From Neodothiora populina (Eukaryota): DNA of 64,000 nt. The position numbers were made by a program, and so were the translations under genes. The stretch's first letter is position 1; every line of letters starts with the position of its first letter. The notes beneath the pieces are model-generated. The model saw only the letters and a program-made list of their open reading frames with translations. It made no database searches and was not told where the DNA came from. This document shows, piece after piece, positions 24,913 through 38,885 of the stretch. The DNA lies in contig NW_027191406.1 in assembly GCF_041146345.1 (NCBI RefSeq), positions 1,054,001 to 1,118,000 of the forward strand, written 5' to 3'.

Positions 24913-26024
24913 TCAAGCTGCCGCGGCGGTTAGACCAACATCGCTTTCCCATATTCTCCTTGCAATGTCCGCAGCAGTGAGGGGTCTCTCCGTCGCCAGA
25001 TTAGGACGACCATCGTCTTCTTCATCGTCCTCTTCGTCGTCCACAGGGCTCTGCCTGCCGCTTTCGGGACTGGCCCCAGTGTGGAAGCTTACTTTGGCTC
25101 TCTGACTCGCAGAGCTTCGGTGGCTCCTCTCGGCCATGCTGGCCGAGCATTTGACAGACCTCATGCTTCTTGCGGTGCCCGGTCTCTTGCCGTTGACGGT
25201 GGTTGTGGGGGCCGACGAACCAAGCGGTCTTTTGGGTTTGCCTGGCAGGCTTCCTCCATTCAAGACTCTGATTCTCTCCACGCCCTGCAATAGAGTATTG
25301 TGAAAGCGGCGGACGACAGCATATTCTTTGTCAACAAACTCGAATTGCATGCCCCTTTGCGGGATGCGCATGGCTTGTGCCCTTCCTGTGGGTAGCAGCG
25401 CTGGGAGGTGCGGCTGACTGCTTGCCTCGATATTGCTGAGACCCCTCTGTAACCATAACTTCTGCTGTGTCCGACTGTTATTCATCAGTGTATCGGGAGT
25501 GCGTGCGCCTGAAGGGGTTGTCGGCGACCGGAATCCTCTCTCCTGAGCTGCAAAATCGGGCGCCGACTTATTGCGCTGCAGGTTAGTATCTTGTTGGACG
25601 TGCGAATGCGATATGGATGAATGCCGTGAACTACTGCGTAGAAAGCCAGAGTGTGTTCTAGGTGTAGCGTCTTTGCTGTCAGTTCCATCTTCGGGCCCGA
25701 CGAAGCGTGAGACGATAGGTGTGTTGTTGGCGCCGGTGGGAGCCAGGTTACCGTTCTGCGACTGAGACAGAGACTTGGGGTCGGCCGAGGCTGCGTTCGC
25801 GAGGGCAGAAATCGAAGAGACGCGGGGTGGTGCAGGCGAGTTTTTCTCGAGGAGACGTTTGGCGATGAGATCGGTGTCCAAGGGACGTGAGTGGTGGCTA
25901 GAGAGAGAGGGTGAATTCAGCTCTCGTGACGGGGCTCGCTGGGTGTGTTTCTGCGACGAAACATCCGAGTCTTTGTCATGTCTCCCATTCTCTTGACTCT
26001 CGCTCATCTGTGCTTCTTGTTGTG

Positions 26025-26061
<37 letters not shown>

Positions 26062-27348
26062 CTCCCGCTCCTGTTCTTGCTGTTCTTGCCGTTGCTTCTG
26101 TTTCAGCTCCCGCTCTTGTTGTTTCAGTTGCTTGTCCTGCTCCTCCTGTTGCTCGTACTGTTTGCGCAAAAGCTGCTGACGCTCATGCTGGAGCTGACGA
26201 AGCTGCTGATGCCTCTCGTCGAGCTCCTCGGCCTCCTGGTCAGCGTCTTCCGCATCGGCGTCGTCTCCCTCGCCGGCTGCCTCCTGCTGCTGTTGAGGCA
26301 GATGGTGGAGCTGAGCATTTTTGTGAGAAGCCTCCTGCGCTTCATCTTGTGTGGCAAAATCTCTCGTGCGTGTGCTGGAGGCGTGAAGAGGGGCCGCTAT
26401 TGCAGGAGGGGCATTGCCGGTATCCGTGTCGTCGTCGTCGTCTTCGTCTTCCTCGTCGTCATCATCATTATAGTTATTGCTATCCGGCGGCTTCTCCTCG
26501 GGTCTCGGATGTGCGCTCTGGGCGTAGGGGTTGTGTACGGGATCGAGGACAATGGAGTTCTGACGGGTGTTGTTGCGGGTATTGTCTCTTGTGGTATTGG
26601 GCGAGGCGGATGCGCTGTCTTCGGTCCATTGATCGTCCACACCTTCCATCTCTTGTGCCTGGTCGTCGTCGTCGTCGTCGCTTCCCACATTGAAGTGAAC
26701 CGAGGTTTGCCGGCGATGGTCGGGTGCGGGAGCGGGACTCTTATGGCGTTTGTGTGGTTGGGTGTGTGCTCTTCGCAGATCGGGGCGCTCCTGTCGCGAG
26801 CCCTTGTGGGCGTGAATGACATTTCGAGAAGAGCCGAGTCTGGTCAATTGACCGCTAGAGTGGTTTTTCTTGAGCGTGGTCTGCGATGATGTACGAGGCA
26901 GGGCGAGACTGGTGTTGGTCCTCTTCATGGCGTGGCCGGGTCTGTGTCCAGGACTGGGAGGGGCGGCAGAGGTGGGGGTGGCGCCAGAGAGGGCACCAGA
27001 GAGAGCGGCAGAAAGAGCACCGGAACTGTGGGTTCTGTTGTGGTGTCGTGCCTTGGGAGTCGGCGGGCCAGAGTCGTCGTCAATTACGGCAACGGCAGAG
27101 TTTGGGATCTTGAGTTTGCTCAGGCTGCGATGGAAGGAGGGATTGCGACCCTGTCGACCGACGACATGTTTGTGTGGCCGCGCTGGACCAGGCCGAGGTA
27201 GAGGAGGACCGGCGGGTGATTGGGCGACATGGGTCGAGGATGAATGTCGAGAGACCAACGATGGCCGCTTCGGGGGGGCTACTGCTGCTCCTGCCGCACC
27301 ACCAGGACCGAGTGGTGCCGGATTGGGAGACGACTGTGCGGAGGGCAT
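24913..27348 (-). CDS. Tco89-like (TORC1 subunit) low-complexity protein with polyQ and acidic tracts
   Basis: Conserved-looking blocks 'SRTQQKLWLQR' and 'EYAVVRRFHNTLLQGVERI'. The first ATG (MPSAQ) is at 27348; the ORF-track start at 27501 is TTG. Confidence 0.7.
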
Positions 27349-27420
27349 TTTTGCCTCTTCCTGATTATTATTATTAGGATTAATGGAAACCTGCCTGCCT
27401 GCCTTGGCTGGACTTGCTGC

Positions 27421-27453
27421 GACAAGCGCTGTGACAAGCGCTGTGACAAGCGC
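27421..27453. repeat. Tandem 12-mer (GACAAGCGCTGT) x ~2.7 upstream of the Tco89-like ATG
   Basis: gacaagcgctgt gacaagcgctgt gacaagcgc. Confidence 0.85.
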
Positions 27454-28942
27454 CGCCTTCTGTTCGCTGATCTGATCAGATCGAGTGGACAAGATGGGCA
27501 AAGGGTAAAAATGATTGGAATTGTGGCTGCAACTATCGGCTGCGGCACCAGTAGAGTGATTGGGATCGGAGAAGGTACGCGGGCCGCCTGTGCAGTGACA
27601 GTACGGTAGGTAAGGTACTCAGTACTGCCTGGACGGTGAGGTACTGTGCAGCGGATACCTGCTTCGTACTCTTAATGCTGAGACTGCGATGTACCTCGAG
27701 GTGACAAGGCCAGGTAGATAAATGTAGTAGAAGGGGCAGGACAGTGCTTGCGGAGAGCCCGTAGTACAATTATTGGCATGCGTGGCGGGCGCCCTGATCA
27801 ATATCAAACCAGAGGTCCGCGACAGATAGACCAAATGGTTGCTTCAGGATGGAAAAACAAACACCATACAGCAATGGCTAAACGGGTCAGGCGCTGTACA
27901 AACAAGGTAGGTATATTTTGGAATGTCGGTGTCCTTTGCTTGCAAAAGCGTGTTAACTCTTCCACTCATGAAATGCTAGACCATCAACGTTGCACTCAAT
28001 GGCTGCTCAACATTGGTGACTTCACTGCGCCTTGTGCGAGTCTGAGTCCAGCCTCAAGCTGTATGGAGATAAGACTATGGATAAATGCTTGCGAATTGAT
28101 TGAACGATTTTGATGGACGATTTGCATGGGTGGACGGATGCGTATGCGTTGTCAGAACAGACATGTGCTTCCTCGCTCTGTGCATACCACTACTGTATTT
28201 TAGCTACGCACTACGGTATTTACTGTACATCCAGAAGCAGTATACACATACTACTGTATTACTACTGCACTATAATCCCGTACGCCTCACCTCATCCCAT
28301 CCTGCCCGCCATCTCCATTTTTCCCCAATCATGCAGCTCCGAAAAGCCTCAACTCGTCATACCTGCAGCTTCGCCTATTGGTTGTAGCCAAGACTCACGG
28401 CCAACATCTGTCCGGCCCGCTTTCACCGACCACAGACTGTCACCCTTGCCCCCAGAGTTGTCATCTTAGTAGTATGTTTCAGGGATCATCCTGATCACAT
28501 CTCATTTACTGCGTCAGATGTTTAGCAGGCATGTGACAGAGCAGTGACCAGACTCCGGTAGGACTGCCTAACAGGTCTACCTGCCTATCAGATTCGTATG
28601 GCCTTCTACAACTGACTCGCCACATACTGCTCGGGAGGTCTTAGTTGCGGAGCATGTTTCGGCAACACTAAAACTCTTCGTATACAAGGCGTTGGTGATG
28701 CGCTATCTTTTTCGACTGTCGGGCGATTGTCCAGCGAGCGTACATGCTATCTTGGTCCACTTGTCGTTCTGCCATGTTGCCGGCAAGCTACCCTACCGTG
28801 CTCTGATCAATTATGCTATTTTTGCCGCTGACCCGCTGCTGTCATGCTCTTCTGAATCTTCCAGAAATCGGACGACAGGCTATCACCTTGGTCTCATGCA
28901 ATACTTGACGAATAGGGCAATACAAAAGTTAACGCGTAAATA

Positions 28943-30189
28943 CTAGAAGCCCAGGCGCACCCTCAAGTCTTCTGCCACATCTCTAAACGCTTTCGCTCGA
29001 AGACTGTCTGGTTCTGCCACCACTGTAGGCTTACCGTTGTCCGCATCCTCACATATACGCGGATGCAGCGGTATATCGGTGAGCAGATCGATATCTAGCT
29101 CCTTGCACTTGCGCGTCACTCCTTCAGTCCCGAAGATCGAGTGCGTGCTCGAGCAGGTAGGACATGTGAATGCAGACATGTTCTGGACCATACCAAGAAT
29201 CTGTACTCGTAAGTCTCGGTGCCATATCAGGTCACGATGAAGGCTGTGAGAGAAAAGAGTGACTTACCGGTACGTTGACCTTTCTAAACATCTCGACACC
29301 CCTGACTACATCTTTGAGTGCGATGTCCTGAGGGGTGCTCACAATCACGGCTCCTGGAAACGCTGTTAGCGGATTCTTTTGGATTCATGTAGCAAAGGCG
29401 TTCAACTGCTTACCATCGAGCTGTATTTGCTGTGTGATAGTCAATTGTACATCTCCTGTGCCGGGCGGTAAATCCAAGACAAGAACATCAAGACCTCCCC
29501 ATTCGACTTCGTGCAGCAGCTGTTGAAGAGCTTTCATCACCATTAGTCCTCGCCAAACGATGGCAGAGGTCTCGGGCACAAGATAGCCCATAGACATGGA
29601 TTTCAATCCATAGTTTGTGAGGGGAATAAGTTGGTTGTCTGGAGCTTGTATAAGCAGAACGTTTCGATGGGCCACGCTCTGTGCTGTGATACTTACTGCT
29701 TGAGAGCCTTGGTTCGTTGCCTTCGAGATTCAGTAGAGTAGGAACTGAGGGCCCGAAGATATCAGTATCCAGGATCCCGCTCTTGAGACCACTCCTGGCG
29801 AAAGCGAGTGCCAGGTTCACTGTTACAAATTAGCCACTTTTGTTTTGAATGAGTTGGTGCTCGTCCCTTGTCGAACCAAACATACCAGCGATCGTAGATT
29901 TGCCCACGCCACCCTTCGCGGAGGACACAGCGATGACTTTCTTAACATCTTGGATTGATCGTTTCTCCGGCAGGCCTCGCTTCATGCGTGCCGCGAGGTT
30001 CGGCGGAGTGCCTGATCTCGGCAGGCCCTGAAGAGCGTCATCGATGTTAGAACATGATCTCGAAGATTACTTGAACGTAGAGACATGAGATTCGACGTGT
30101 TGTCATGTGCCGGGAAGGAGGGTTTAGCGTACAAGAGGATTCTCATGGCCTCGTAGATGCCGGAACGCTGAAAAAGTCCGTCTTTGCAT
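28943..30189 (-). CDS. IND1: Mitochondrial Fe-S assembly P-loop NTPase Ind1/NUBPL (Mrp/NBP35 family)
   Basis: Presequence-like '[28 protein letters not shown]', '[12 protein letters not shown]', 'LDTDIFGPS', 'WRGLMVMKA', 'DLPPGTGD', CxxC 'FTCPTC'. Multi-exon. Confidence 0.9.
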
Positions 30190-30701
30190 TTCACATTACT
30201 GAAGGTCATGAGATTGACAGACTATCCGAGTAGGACGGTATCCAGTATTACTGTATCTCGTACACCGAACTACCGGATCAAAGATTTTCCGTACACAGCT
30301 ATGTCACTTATCCTATACCAAAGGGGATATCGAACCGATTCGATTCACGGCGCAGTGTCTTTGATCAAATTAAAGTCATGTATACGTTATGAATGACTCG
30401 TTTTACTCTAGATCTCGAGCCATTGTCTTTGATATTCCATGTATAATGTACAGCCTTTTCATGTGCCGTATCCATTGCCAAGTGCTCGGATTTACCCGGC
30501 CTTTACCGGCGCGTAGGCTTGGCCCAATCAACGACGCGACTGGACCCAACCGCGACTATCTCAGCTCATTCCTGCCGAGCATCTCGCCAGATCATCAGGG
30601 AGGCTGTTGATATCGATGCTGCAAACCGATTGAACATTGCTATATCGCTACTCGATCCCATGTTCCTTGCCGTCAAGCAATGCTAGCATCAGCAGCCGGT
30701 G

Positions 30702-33700
30702 ATGGAGACGGATTGGGATGAGGTAATATAACCCCCCTCCTGCGTAGGGGGACTGTCGCGATATCACGATAGTCTGCCAAACATTGCGGAATGCTGATTG
30801 GAAACAGGTCAGCCGGATACTGCTGCCTCCTCCGGGTCCAAATGCTGTACATACACCAGTGACTGCTTTCTCTTTCGACTCGGTGCAGGAGTTGTTATGG
30901 GCTGGCAATGAATATGTAAGCTTCTATTACCACGACAACATTTGATACTTTCGTCTTATGCATGTCCATTCAGGGACGCGTGACTTCATTCTATGGCCCA
31001 GAACTGCAGAGGTATACCTCATATAGAGGTCACGCATCTAGCGAAGGTGCTATTAGGCAGATCTTGCTCTGCGACAAGGGCGTGTTATCGATATCCTCGA
31101 AAAGTGTTCATTTTGCCCATCGAAGGGGCTTGACACAATGGCATATTCAGTATGTCATCCTACGCAGATGTGCTTGATTGGTATCCTGACTTCTTCAGCG
31201 TCGAATCCATGACGGACCTTTCGTGCATGAGTTTCACGTCCAAAGGCACGAACGAGGTCCTTGTGGCTGGACGGCAGTCGACTATGTATAAGCTTGACAT
31301 CGAAAAGGGAGTTATTACGTCCACAGCAAGTACTCCTACCTCTATACGCAGGAAAGCTATTAACCTGTGGTCAGATCGCTGCAGAAGCGCCATATACTCT
31401 AATGAAGCGTGGAAGCCAGCATATATGTGCGGCAACTGAGGACGGACATGTCCATTTCCTGGATCCGGGATCATGCAAGGTGTTAAGAAACTGGAGAGCA
31501 CATTCCGGATGGATTAATGACATGGATGTACGCTCGGATCTGCTTGTGACTTGCGGTTACTCTCAGCGACAACATAGTGGGTATGCGCTGGATCACCTTG
31601 TCAATGTCTTTAACCTTAAGATTCTCCACCCTTTACCACCAGTACCATTCCCTCCAGGCGCGGCTTTCGTTCGAATGCATCCACGAATGTCCACGACTTG
31701 TCTAGTAGCATCATCTGCTGGTCTGATATATGCTATCGACATAATGAACCCAGACTCTCCCGCCATGCGTCATGCCAACATTTTCGACACTCACTTATTG
31801 GGCATGGATCTGGCCCCTTCTGGAGAGGCATTGGCCCTCGCAGACGCGCAGTGTATCATACATCTCTGGGGCTCTCCAGCGAAGATACAATTCACCGAAT
31901 ACGCCAGCCCCACTGAGTTTCCTGACACTGCCGCTCCGATTCCTACTTTAGACTTCTCTCCTGAGGTGTAAGTGTTTGCTTCTACATTCTGTAGTTATAT
32001 ACTCACTTTGCTATAGACCACTCAGTGTTGTAGGCATGCCGTTCTATCGAGATAAGCTACTCTCGTCTTGGCCAAGTCACGTTATTTCTGAGGTTGGAGC
32101 ACCTCCTGCAAAGATTGATCCTAATATTCTTACTACAATGAAGCGGTCGGACATCGGTGGCTTTGCGCCATTCCCACGCAAAACTCGGCGGTATCAATTC
32201 GAGGACACGAGAGCGGTTCAAAGAGCTGCAGACACGCTGGCAGCTCCACGCTTCATCAGCGAACGTGCGAAGGACGACCGAATTGAGGGTGAAGGGCACC
32301 GCCGAATGAGCGAGGCGCTCGAAGCACTCGGTGACCTGGCGCTCGACGGTACTACGAGGAAGGAAGTACCAGTAATGTATAGAAATGTCGAGATCAAATA
32401 CAGCAAATTCGGCGTTGATGACTTTGACTTTGAGTAAGTTTTGACTAGTGTGGTACAACACAAACTCCGCTAAATCTGTACAGGTACTACAACAAAACCA
32501 AATACTCTGGCCTGGAGACTCATATAGCGAATTCCTACGCGAATCCGCTGCTTCAGCTGCTACGGTTCACGCCTATCATTCGTAACCTTGCACTTCATCA
32601 CACAGCCACGTCTTGCCATTACGACAACTGCATACTTTGTGAGATGGGTTTCCTCACAGATATGTTAGAAAAGGCCGCCGGGCTCAACTGTCAGGCGAGT
32701 AACTTCTTGAAGACGTTGAGCAGTCTGTCCGAAGGTAAGTCCGTCACTGATCTCCGTATGGTATCTATCTGACCTTTCTGCAGCCGCAACTCTTGGCCTT
32801 TTGGAGCAACACTTCACCAGTAACCCCTTGACGGTGACTATCCAAGCAGCCAATAGATTCCTCCTTAGGACGTTCGCAGACAACTACAGGCTGCGGCAAG
32901 CAAGACACATGGAGCAAGCCTTAAACACCGGCGCCATCACAGCTATCAGATGTCAACATTGTGCTAATGAAATGCTGAAACCGGGCGAAACACTTGTGCA
33001 TGATTTGGTCTATCCTCCAAAGGTATGTGTAGGACTGACAATGCAGCATCCTTCGCTGACTTATACAGACGGTGAAGCATCATCCTAGAGCTCCGAAGCC
33101 CTCCTTCTCCCAGGTCTTGAAACAAAGTGTGGAGAGGCAAGATCAGACGCGAGGCTGGTGCGATAGATGCAAACGCTATCAACAACTCAATACTCGTAAA
33201 ACGATAAACAGCATCCCGAAGGTCATGATGATCAACGCCGCGATTCACAGCCCTGACCATAAGCAACTATGGGGAACGCCTGGCTGGCTTCCGGCAGAAA
33301 TTGGCGTCATCATCGTTGGAGGACAATTCTTCTGTTACGAAGGGCAAGACTTGAAGCTGCATCTTCAACGAGGAGTCTACGACATTATGGTGTACGAGCT
33401 TGTGGGTGTTGTGGCTGATATCAATAGCGGTGAGAATCAAAAGTCGCATCTTGTTTCAATGATAAATGGTAAGTCCGACCAGTCATATCCACATGCGAAA
33501 TCATTCTTACTTTGTACAGTGGCAATCTCCAACAGAGATCCTACCAATACTCCCAATTGGCACTTGTTCAACGACTTCCTCGTCAGACGGACCAGTCCCG
33601 AGGAAGCTTTGCGATTTGACGCAAATTGGAAACTCCCTTCTGTTCTGACATACCAAGCGAAAGCTGCTTCACACGTTATTGACGACTCTTGGAAGGAAAA

Positions 33701-34592
33701 TTTGGATCCTTCTCTGCTTTATCATCTACCAAAAGGTCCTCATAAGCAGCCCGATCCATCAGTCCTCAGACCATTGCAACCGAGCACCGAGGCACCACGT
33801 CCAGGCACTCCAGTTGCCATTGATGCCGAGTTCGTCGCGTTGTCTAGGGCTGAGATCGATATCAAAGCAGATGGCACGCGTGAGACTGTGCGACCTCCAC
33901 GACTAGGCTTAGCACGCGTCTCCGTCCTTCGAGGTTCCGGACCTCATGAAGAATTACCTTTCATTGATGATTATATTGCGGCATCAGAGCCTGTCATCGA
34001 CTATCTCACAGCGTACTCGGGCATTTCTCCGGGTGACCTCGACCGAGCAGTCAGCAAGCACAACCTCGTGAGTCTCAAGACCGCGTACAAAAAGCTCTGG
34101 CTTCTCCTCAACCTTGGTGTCGTGTTTGTTGGCCACGGTTTGCCCAAGGACTTCCGCACCATCAACATCCATGTGCCTCGCGCTCAAGTGGTGGATACGG
34201 TCGATCTCTTTTCGCATCGTCTGCGTAGTCAACGCCGTCTGTCTTTGCGATTTTTGGCATGGTACCTGCTCAAGGAAGAGATTCAACAAGACGGTGAGAA
34301 GGGCCACGATTCAGTCGAGGATGCGCGAACGGCATTGAAGCTATGGCGCAAGTACGAGGAGTTCGTTGATGCGGGTATCTTTGAGAGTATACTCGAGGAG
34401 ATATTCGACCGGGGTAGAGAAACCAACTTCAAGCCTCCTAGCGCGATCAAGATCGACGACGGTATCTGGAGACCTGAGACGCCAGGCAACGGGCAGAAGA
34501 GCGCACCTGGCACGCCTGTCAGACGGGTGGTCGGATTGGCTACGGGGACCAGCACACCGATTCGAGGTGCTTATGGCAGTCCACTGAGGTGA
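30702..34592 (+). CDS. PAN2: PAN2 poly(A) deadenylase catalytic subunit (WD40, UCH-like, DEDD exonuclease)
   Basis: 'METDWDE', '[10 protein letters not shown]', '[13 protein letters not shown]', '[12 protein letters not shown]', 'AIDAEFV', 'VGHGLPKDF', 'GHDSVEDA'. Many short introns. Confidence 0.95.
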
Positions 34593-35533
34593 ACGGATCG
34601 AGTAGCGCGCCTTGCTTGATGGATGAAGAAGCAGGCGGTGAGGGGTTAGAGGGCTTGTTTCAACAATGACTCGAGCAAAGGGGAGGGGGTTAGTGGTGGA
34701 AAGATAAAAGATAGATGACACAGTAAATGCATTTCCAACATCTCTGATCTACACGGTGGTGCATGCACGGCATGTTTCTTGTGTGATGCGTTTAGACCGC
34801 ACACAAGATGTCGTTCACATACAGCAACAACGTACTCGCAGCAATTGCTGCATACGGGCAAATCTAGTCCCCATCTGACATACGATAAGAAATGGACACA
34901 GGCGTACACTACACGTATGGTACGCGCATCTTGCATAGGTGAATGTAGATGTACATCTCCACAACACCTTTCAAAGTCTCACTCCAAAAAATAGCCGGGG
35001 ACAGACGCATACTTGCAACAAGTGCGACAGAACAACCAACCCGATTCTCGCCACTCAGTCAGCAGCACAGGACAAAATTCCAAATCACACAGCCCCCGAG
35101 TACGTGCAGTATACTCCATCCCCGCGATAAAATATATACGAAGCCCTCCCCTGCCGTCCGGCCTTATCCATTTACGAGGGGATTTAGTAATGTATTGATT
35201 ACACTGCATTACAGAATGTTGATGTCAAAGGACAGGGTCGCGGTCCGAGCGGCTCCGCTGCACGACACGACACGACTCGACTCGGGGGCAGACTCGAAGT
35301 CCAAAACTCTCCGCTTGCGATATGAAGTACAAAGGTACTGTACCTAGACATGCCGCACCGTCCGTTGATTACAATTTCTCGTTTCCTGTAGGATGCGACG
35401 CGCAACGGTGATGAAGAACAATAAGGACGATGACGACGACGACAGCGACGATTGGATTGGGCACAGCGCGGGAGCGGTTCCAGAACAGACGACGAATGGG
35501 AATCGCAAAAGTGTCTCTGAATCTGATGCAATA

Positions 35534-35577
35534 GCATGGCATGGCATGGCAAGGCATGGCAAGGCATGGCATGGCAT
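35534..35577. repeat. Pentanucleotide microsatellite (GGCAT/GGCAA)n
   Basis: gcatggcatggcatggcaaggcatggcaaggcatggcatggcat. Confidence 0.9.
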
Positions 35578-37846
35578 TCCATCATTTACGTACAAAGTGC
35601 GTGCCAGTTTCGCGCGAAGGGACAGACGACCGGTATGTCCATCCATCCAACGTTCGGGGAGTCCCACATGATCGGCGCATGCGAGCAGCAGACCCTTTTT
35701 TTCTTTTCTTTTCGGTCTTGTCTTTAGGTCAGGGAAAATGAGGCACGATGAGGCTGATTGGGTCGAAGTCCGATCGTCCCTTTATCGGTCTCATCTATCC
35801 GTTTCGCTCGCATTGTAGCGAGGCCGGAGCGAGCGGCGGACGCTGGAGTGTTTACAGACATTACAGTACAGCGATGATGTGGAGGGAGGGCCTTAGGGGA
35901 AAGGGGGAAACAGCATAGAGTGGGAAGTGAATGTCGTTCTGCGAGAGCTTTGCCCGGAGTTACAGTTTCTTGTGAGGCTGTGTACATTCAAGTACTATAC
36001 ATACAACGACGCCCGCGTACACCGACAAAAGACGAAACAGTGTGGACGCTCGAATCTCAAGTAAGGGCTCGAGTGGTGATTGCTACATTCTTACACTCAA
36101 GCTACTGCTGTATTACCTGGGTGTACTGCAGGTTAAAACGAACGTAACGACATCTCCTCGGAAGAGATCGACTGCCGAGTAGCTGTCATGCCACACACCA
36201 TTCTCGCGCTAGGTAAAGCTTTGCGACGAGCCAGAACCCACGAGCCAATCAGACACTGTCGACTGCAGCACATATACATATTCATGACGTAGATCACTAG
36301 CCACAATGTAACGGTCGGCCAGCGACGAAGCAAGCCACACTGTGCATCATCATCACTGCATCGGAGTGTGGCTCAGCAGAACGTGAGAAGGGTATCGTTC
36401 CTTCCCGCACTTCTCCGCGTGGGGCGATCAAGCCACAGAACCTCAAGCAAGCCACACAGCCCTACGCAGCCTGCAGGTCGGTGGGCTCCGAGTGGGCCAG
36501 AACCTCGAAGATTGTACGGCTGTTACCAAAATATCCTTTCGCTACGGGGCTGCATGATACAGACTTTACAGCACAACACATGTTTCGAGGTTACACGCAT
36601 GCAAAAAGGGCCGGTACCTGCAGAGACAGGGAGAGGCTGGCACATATGCATCGGGCTCGAACAGGAAAACAGACAATGCCAGGTTCGAGGTAGTGTCGAA
36701 ACAAGGAGCAAAAGCCTCAAGCCGAGGCGGTTGGCAGCACGATGTGGGTCGGCCTCTGTCGATTGTGACCGGTGCGGTGTCAGATAGGCAGCAGAATTGT
36801 ATCGACACGAGCGGGTGGGCATAATGCTGATACTATAGCGTGTAAACATGAGTCACGGGGTCTGTTGGACGGTGGCTATAGAAGTCGTGTGGTGAGGAAG
36901 ATAGAGGTGCTTGGCGGGGTGCGTAACATGGAGGCTGGAGTACAGTAGGTACCTGGTCAAGAACTGTTGACGCCAGCGGACGTTGCCGTCATAGAAGGGC
37001 AAATCTTGTTATTGTACAGCTGGTGTGTGTATGCAATGTATGCGGCTATGGGCTATCTATGAATTGCACCTGTACCAATCACTGGACGAGGTGCTATAGC
37101 AAGTCCACGACAGACCGGTGTCGCGAGTCTCACGACGCGTGCTAGCTTTTCTTTTTAGCTGTCGGCGGGTCGGGGAAAGTCGACAAGCGTCAGATCAGAT
37201 CTGGCGTGGGCTCGTGGCTGTCGAGCGACCCAAGCGCTGGATGGACCCCTTGCTTGGGGGCTGCCCGGGACGACACTAGACGACGGAGCCAAGACTGGTA
37301 AACGATTCGATGATTATTCATAGACACGAAGTGCTTTGATCTTCCGGGATAGGCGCAGGTCCGCCTTGCAGCAAGCGGCGGCAGCAGCATGGGTACAGGC
37401 GGCATTAGATGGAATTAATCCGACATGAATTACACAGGACCGAGGTAAGCGGGAAATGCGCAGTAAGATGCACTGTCGTTCCGTACCTCGTAGGGTTGCA
37501 AAGCATGTTGCATTATCAAGCACAGAAGCGCGAATCTGTGGGCTTCCACGCATGGAAGAAGCGCGAATCGGCAAGCCGGCATCTAGACCCTGTAGGAATA
37601 CAAATACTCGCACAGCCACAGGTCAGGTTGAGTAAGGTAGTAGCCCAAGCATAGGTAGGTCTGTATGGATAAGCGGAGTTCCCTGCGAATTTCGCCGCGA
37701 CAAGCGATGAGAATGGAATTGATAAAACCGGTCATCTCGCTCTCCCATCTTCTGTCTTTGAATTTGTGGTACGGTATCTCTCTCTAAAGAACTCGAACAC
37801 ATCCACCACGTCAGCATTCAGGCAGCTGAATAAAGGGGAATATCGT

Positions 37847-37998
37847 TGACTCATTCCGCCCGCGAAAGACGGACCAAATATACCCTCGTGATCTATTTCT
37901 GCAACGGACATCCGAGGCCGAAGACCGATTCGGGAATAGCGCAGCAGGACGCGATAGACTCGACTCGAAGGGGTCTCTCTGGAGTTTATTGTTATAAA
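37847..37998 (+). promoter_or_regulatory. Candidate Rpn4 core promoter: TGACTCA (Gcn4/CpcA/AP-1 type) and TATAAA
   Basis: TGACTCAT at 37847-37854 and TATAAA at 37993-37998, ~60 nt before ATG 38057. Confidence 0.45.
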
Positions 37999-38056
37999 GC
38001 GGATAGAAGAAGTGGATACAGGCGTTTTGGTACAGAAGTACCCTGGTCTTTCCGCC

Positions 38057-38612
38057 ATGATCTCTCATGCTCCATCACGTCATACAATTACAAGCAGAAG
38101 CAAAAGCCACAGCAGAAGTCGAGCTGCAGGATATACAACTCTCGACGATAATTCGAAAAACCTTGTACGGAAACAGACTTGCTACTACGACGATTACATT
38201 GACGACCAGAGGCTTCCATTGTCTTCTCTCCGTTCTTCTTTCTCTGATCAAAGTCGACTCTGTCACCACCAACAACACTCGGACCCGACACACACACACA
38301 CACACACAGACACAGACACACACACAGACACAGACACAGACACGACCACAACCCCTCGTCGTACGATATACAACAACTCTAGCAACCAATCACGACAATT
38401 GATGTTTGACGATACCGTAACAGCATCGTCTTCTTCCAATTCTTCTGCTGTTAATCCTCAGCCGTCGACTATTACATACCACAACAGCGACGAGGCAGGA
38501 GTCCCTTACCCTCCGTGGAGTCACCAGCCACAGGCAGTGTCGTCATCGTCGTCGGCTTCTTTCCTTTTTGATTCCGCCTTTCTACTTCCAGATTGGGGGA
38601 TGCAGTTCCAAG

Positions 38613-38644
<32 letters not shown>

Positions 38645-38831
38645 AACTCACCAAGGAAGAGCGGCCATCAGAGAAACATCTCAGCATCCACGGTGAACTC
38701 GTCGACGGGACCATCGTCGCCCTTCGGCGGTAGTGCCTCGTTCGCCAACAACAACGCTCCATACATTGTCAGCAGCGAGCATTCGCCCCGTTCGCAGTCG
38801 AACCAATTCGACGACAAGCGCTTCTTCGGCT

Positions 38832-38885
<54 letters not shown>

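Noticed and set aside
25911..26889. Long plus-strand ORFs with poly-Leu and poly-Ala
   Set aside because: Antisense readings of the CAG/polyQ tracts of the Tco89-like gene.
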